Shown in pieces: positions 59,009 through 64,000 of a stretch of 64,000 nucleotides of DNA; the first letter of the stretch is position 1, and every line of letters starts with the position of its first letter. The stretch spans positions 366,668,001-366,732,000 of the forward strand of contig OZ024741.1 in the NCBI GenBank assembly GCA_964016885.1. Direction: 5' to 3'. Source of the DNA: Eledone cirrhosa. Its lineage: Eukaryota. The notes under the pieces were generated by a model. The model made no database searches. It saw only the letters and a list, made by a program, of their open reading frames with translations, and had not been told where the DNA came from. The translations under genes and the position numbers were made by a program.

Positions 59009-59707
59009 CATACATATATACATATACATACATATACACACATACATATATACATACATACATATACACATACATACATACACATATACATACATATATA
59101 TATACATACATATACACATACATACATATACATATACATACATATACACATACATACATACATATACATACATATATATACATACATACATACATACACA
59201 CACATACATACATATACATATACATATATACATACATATACATACACATATACACATACATACATACACATACATACATATACATACATACATACATATA
59301 CATACATATACATATACATACATACATATATATATACATACATATATACACATATACATACATATACATACATACATATATATACATACACACACATACA
59401 TACATATACATACACACATACATACATACATATACATACATATACATACATATATACACATATACATACATATATATACATACATACATATATATACACA
59501 TACATACATACATACATATATATACACATACATACATACATATATATACACATACATACATACATACACACATATACATATACATACATACATATACACA
59601 TATACATACATATATACACATACATACATACATACATATACATACATACATACACACAGATACATACATATATATATACATACATACATACATATACATA
59701 CATACAT
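58838..59707. repeat. ~870-bp compound CATA/CA/TA microsatellite
   Basis: Almost G-free on the + strand; lies at the 3' side of the RTE-derived element. Confidence 0.95.
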
Positions 59708-60317
59708 ATGGTGGCTGCCAACTCGTTTTCGAGTACGGCCACTACTTTATATCCATGTAGGAGAACCCCTACCGATGCGCTGAACGAGTGTGACTTTTTA
59801 GTCCAGCCAGCGACTTGAAAACTCTGGTACAAACACTACACTTGTGACAATTACTGACACATAGTGCTGGGCCCATGGTACCAGGTGACGACAAGTGCAG
59901 AGAGATCTCCAGATATAAAGCAATGCCTGTGCCGTGAAGCTTTTATAGTGAGCAAAGGCACTGCACGAAGCCAGTCCCACTCTCTTAACCAAGATGATAT
60001 TTACCAAAAAGAAGAACAAGTCAACATCATTGGATACCATCAGGGTTGCAGGTGTTATATCAGAGTTTTCCTTCTCCTAGAATTCTGCCTTGACAAAGGC
60101 TAAGGGGTCATCTCTCCCGGTGATTTTGGATGGCCATTGACTCTTAAGAGCTCCTTTGCCCTTTGACAGGTTTTGTTTTTAGTCCTGCAGGATGTCCAAA
60201 GTCACCCTCCTCACCAAGAAACCTTGGTGGGGTTGCCAGTTTAGTCGCCAACGACCCGACCATGGGACAGGTTGTACTGGGATACATGTTACCAGTAGCA
60301 CCAACTGGTGACCAACC
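59708..60317 (-). mobile_element. Short internally deleted RTE-type retroelement (5' UTR-like part fused to C2H2-encoding 3' end)
   Basis: Minus strand has the RTE 5'-UTR-like motif ctaggagaaggaaaactctga. The 3' part is homologous to the HKCSLCTRVFKSLAGLKSH coding segment of the adjacent copy. A long TATG/TG tail follows. Confidence 0.7.
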
Positions 60318-61393
60318 ATATATATATATACATATATATATATATACATACACATATATATACATATATATATATATACATATATATATACATATATATA
60401 TATATACATATATATATACATATATATATATATATACATATATATACATACATATATATATACATACATATATATATACATACATATATATATACATATA
60501 TATACATATATATATGTATATATATGTATATACATACACATATATACACATACATACACATATACATACAACACATTCACATACACATACATATATAATG
60601 CATATATATACATACATATACATACATATGTACACTCATATATACACACGCAATCTTACATTCATATTTGCATGCGCATATATGTATTTTTATATTTAGA
60701 TATAAATACCCAAACCTATATAGACACCTACCTACATATATATTCATACATAGACGCTTACAAATACAGATGATAATAGTATGGGGGAAAGGGGGGGTTT
60801 GGAGAAGGGGATCAAAGTAAATATATGTTTCAAGAAACATATAATATTTTCCGTATCTTTATTCAATGTATGTTCTTACATATTTTCAGTGCTAGGAAAT
60901 ACGACAAACAAGAACTAAGGCAAAATCTATGCATCTCAAAATAAATAAGTATACCATTAATCATATGTTAACTAAACCAAAGATAGTCAACATATTGATT
61001 TCTAATGTGTAAATTAGTTAGGTTTATAATATTTGAAGCAGAATTTTGAAGTCAAACAGTAGTAGATTATTAATTACAGTATAACTAAATTAAAGTTAAT
61101 AACGTTATGGTATCAATATTAGGAAATGAATTTAGTAATAGGGAAAAGAAACCCAAATAAAAATAAAATAAAGTATTACATCGGTAGTAGCATATAAATT
61201 ATATGTTAACTAAATTAAAAATTATATATTTATTTCAATAGTATATGTTAATTAGTATATGTTAATTAGGTATACAATACATAAAGCAGATATTTTATTT
61301 CATCAATAGCATAATATAATTATATGCAAATAGAAATCAAAATTAATACGCATACATATACATATACATACACATACACATATACATACATAT

Positions 61394-61430
<37 letters not shown>

Positions 61431-61963
61431 TACACATATATACATACATACAGATACACATACACACACACACATACACATACACATATACATATACATA
61501 TCTTTTTCAAAAAATTGCACAGAATATATTAACTAGGTATATATCCAAAACACATCACATTCTATGATTACATGACATTCTGCAATTCGTCTGTATAAGG
61601 ATACTAATTTTAAGCAAATTAAAAATACAATTTTTAGGTTGATTAAAACTAAAACCAAATAATAAATATATTTCCAAAATGTATATTAATTAGGTCTATA
61701 ATACTAAAAATTATTTCTCTGTCATTGGATACACGATATTATTTTGTTATATTTTATCTGTAAAAGAGTTATAATAAAAGGTTTAAATAAATTAAAATTA
61801 ATCTATAAATTAAATTACTAAGTATATATTAGTAATATTTAAAGGTTTTTCACAATTTATGATTACATAATATTTTATATTCTCATCTGTAATAAAATAT
61901 TAATTAAATTAAATTTATAGGTTAACTAACATTTAAATTAAATTAATTTCTAGAATAATGTTA

Positions 61964-63571
61964 TTAATTAGGTTTATAATATTTAAATGTTTTTTTTAGT
62001 TTATGATTACACGATATAATTAATTCCTGTCGTTTATTTAATAAGATATCCTTAGACTTCATTATTTCAAATAGTTCTTGGGAACATAATCTACATTCCT
62101 TTCTATTATTTTGATAAGGGGTGGCTCTTTTGAGCACACTCCAGGTCAAATCATATTTTATATTCTTATTTTTATAACTATTGATTTTTTCTGCTAGAGA
62201 TGTTGTATTAGCCAGTGCGGCATTTTTAAAACTATGCTTGTGGGTATTAAACCTTGTCTTAAAATTGTTAGAGGTAGCTCCTATATATGAGCAAATAGAA
62301 TCTTTAGTTATAACATTACATTTATAGACTATGTTGTTAACAAGACAATTCCCTTTTAATGGGCAGTTTGCTTTGTTTCTACAGTTACATCCTTTCGTTA
62401 ATTCTGTATTTGAGGAGATATTATGGTTAATTTGATGTACTGGTGGTATACTTATGGTTTTTTTACATTTATATGCATTATATGCACTTATATTTTGTTT
62501 TATGTTATTTGTTGTAGAGTATGAGAATTTAACTGTAGACCTATTTAAGATTTGATGGTATTTGTGGTTTGGCGGGAAGTTTTTCTCAAGGATATAAAAA
62601 AATTTTTTAGCAATATTATCCTTAACTTGTAAATTAAAAGGAGCATTATACCAAGTAACTCGTCTATTACGGTTTCTATGTTGTTTATTATTTTTATTAT
62701 TTTTATAGGTTGTATCGTGATTTTTACTAGGAGGATTAATGTTAATGATCTCACCACAACTATTTTTAGTTATATTTGTAGATTTAGGTGTTTTATCTTT
62801 TTTATTAGGAGTTTTATTATTAATATTTATTATAGTTGTATGATGAGTAGTTTTTTGAGGGTTACTATACTTTATATTAGAAGATTTAGTATTTTGGGGT
62901 ATATTGTGGGTGGCATTTAGGTGTGTACTTTTCATTTGGTGTTTGTTGGTAATATTATGCTGTATGCTTTCAGTATTTTTAGTAGAAGGTATATACTCTA
63001 ATCTATTTTTGTGGCCACTTCTATCTAGAGCTTCATTATAAAAGGTCGCATTTTTATCAAATACATCTTGGTTAGAAGAAAGGTTAGAAATTCTAAGTGA
63101 TATATTATATGCAAGGTTTTTAAGGATAGATTTAGGGTGATTAGATTGTGAGTGTATGTAATGTAAGTTTTGGTTAGGTTTATGGTAAGGTTGGTAGATA
63201 CCCGTAGCTAAATCTAAAGTTATATCTAGGAAATTTACTACTTTACTTGTTTTTTCAAAAGTAATATTAAGATTATAATAGTCTTTAAGGAAAGTTCTAA
63301 TATGTTTTTTGTTTTTTTCGATTTCTGAAAGGCTAAGGTTGTTAGAAAGAAGAAGACAGTCATCACGATATAAACCACCTTTGAGGTGGGGAAAAGAGGC
63401 ATTTATGTTGAAAAGGAGAAAGAGGCCCACAAGATCAGTAATTTGGGCGGAATCGCTTGAACCCATAGTAATATCAAAAAGATTACTGTATGTGTTTCTG
63501 GTCCAGTATTCATTCTGAAATTCAATAAGTGTTAGTCTAGCATGTGTAATAATGTTAATGTCATCCGAAGT
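61964..63571 (-). CDS. 5'-truncated Penelope-like (Naiad-like) reverse transcriptase + GIY-YIG endonuclease ORF
   Basis: Uninterrupted ~535 aa. It has the RT motifs FDITMGSSDSAQITDLVG and YRDD, then FLDITLDL/YHKP, an Asn/Lys/Thr-rich insert and RRVTWYNAPF. A Cys linker CNCRNKANCPLKGNCL precedes the GIY-YIG motif IVY...YIGATSNNFKTR and a C-terminal CRLC. The first ~17 aa of the called ORF (63572-63622) come from the inverted arm. Confidence 0.93.
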   Translation of the reverse strand, partial: TSDDINIITHARLTLIEFQNEYWTRNTYSNLFDITMGSSDSAQITDLVGLFLLFNINASFPHLKGGLYRDDCLLLSNNLSLSEIEKNKKHIRTFLKDYYNLNITFEKTSKVVNFLDITLDLATGIYQPYHKPNQNLHYIHSQSNHPKSILKNLAYNISLRISNLSSNQDVFDKNATFYNEALDRSGHKNRLEYIPSTKNTESIQHNITNKHQMKSTHLNATHNIPQNTKSSNIKYSNPQKTTHHTTIININNKTPNKKDKTPKSTNITKNSCGEIININPPSKNHDTTYKNNKNNKQHRNRNRRVTWYNAPFNLQVKDNIAKKFFYILEKNFPPNHKYHQILNRSTVKFSYSTTNNIKQNISAYNAYKCKKTISIPPVHQINHNISSNTELTKGCNCRNKANCPLKGNCLVNNIVYKCNVITKDSICSYIGATSNNFKTRFNTHKHSFKNAALANTTSLAEKINSYKNKNIKYDLTWSVLKRATPYQNNRKECRLCSQELFEIMKSKDILLNKRQELIISCNHKLKKTFKYYKPN

Positions 63572-64000
63572 TTTTAAAAATGCCGCACTGGCTAATACAA
63601 CATCTCTAGCAGAAAAAATCAATAGTTATAAAAATAAGAATATAAAATATGATTTGACCTGGAGTGTGCTCAAAAGAGCCACCCCTTATCAAAATAATAG
63701 AAAGGAATGTAGATTATGTTCCCAAGAACTATTTGAAATAATGAAGTCTAAGGATATCTTATTAAATAAACGACAGGAATTAATTATATCGTGTAATCAT
63801 AAACTAAAAAAAACATTTAAATATTATAAACCTAATTAATAACATTATTCTAGAAATTAATTTAATTTAAATGTTAGTTAACCTATAAATTTAATTTAAT
63901 TAATATTTTATTACAGATGAGAATATAAAATATTATGTAATCATAAATTGTGAAAAACCTTTAAATATTACTAATATATACTTAGTAATTTAATTTATAG
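63572..64000 (+). mobile_element. Inverted copy of the PLE 3' region (end of endonuclease + 3' UTR), running off the window
   Basis: Reverse complement of 61803-62231 with no differences noticed by eye. ORF 63552..63839 repeats the C-terminal peptide FKNAALANTT...KYYKPN. Confidence 0.93.

Larger units (their letters stand above)
56064..63571 (-). mobile_element. Whole Naiad-like PLE insertion: ORF + long microsatellite-rich 3' UTR + HHR terminus, interrupted by RTE insertions
   Basis: The flanks of the RTE insertion (60540-60648 and 58390-58425) match adjacent sequence 52037-52180 of the sibling copy in reverse complement. 56064-58425 is collinear with 55316-52150. Confidence 0.75.

Noticed and set aside
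61000-61963. SECIS element / selenoprotein PLE
   Set aside because: No in-frame TGA in the retained ORF and no SECIS fold recognised by eye.
63552-63839. Separate 95-aa gene
   Set aside because: Inverted duplicate of the PLE endonuclease C-terminus, with a chance ATG from the antisense RT sequence.

Overview
AT-rich, microsatellite-saturated animal genomic DNA. The SINE and MITE content suggests an octopus or other cephalopod (inference). No host gene is confidently recognisable, and nearly all listed ORFs are translations of simple repeats. The window is dominated by Penelope-like retroelement (PLE) activity in (TA)n tracts. (1) A 5'-truncated Naiad-like RT/GIY-YIG element (ORF 61964-63571, minus strand) has an inverted 3' copy and a ~4-kb 3' UTR made largely of microsatellite-like sequence. 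That UTR can be traced across a nested RTE insertion to a hammerhead ribozyme (HHR) at ~56120-56275; a sibling copy lies at 51681-55316. (2) At least eight families of short fold-back (palindromic) insertions occur, most carrying type I HHR motifs with unusual variants (U3-A8 core, ~100-120-nt stem II). Their breakpoints cluster at the ribozyme and their tails often share an ACTC...GAGT motif. Also present are many tRNA-derived SINEs, RTE, CRE and Tx1-like LINE 3' fragments, and mariner- and piggyBac-type MITEs. All alignments and folds were made by eye, so boundaries are approximate.
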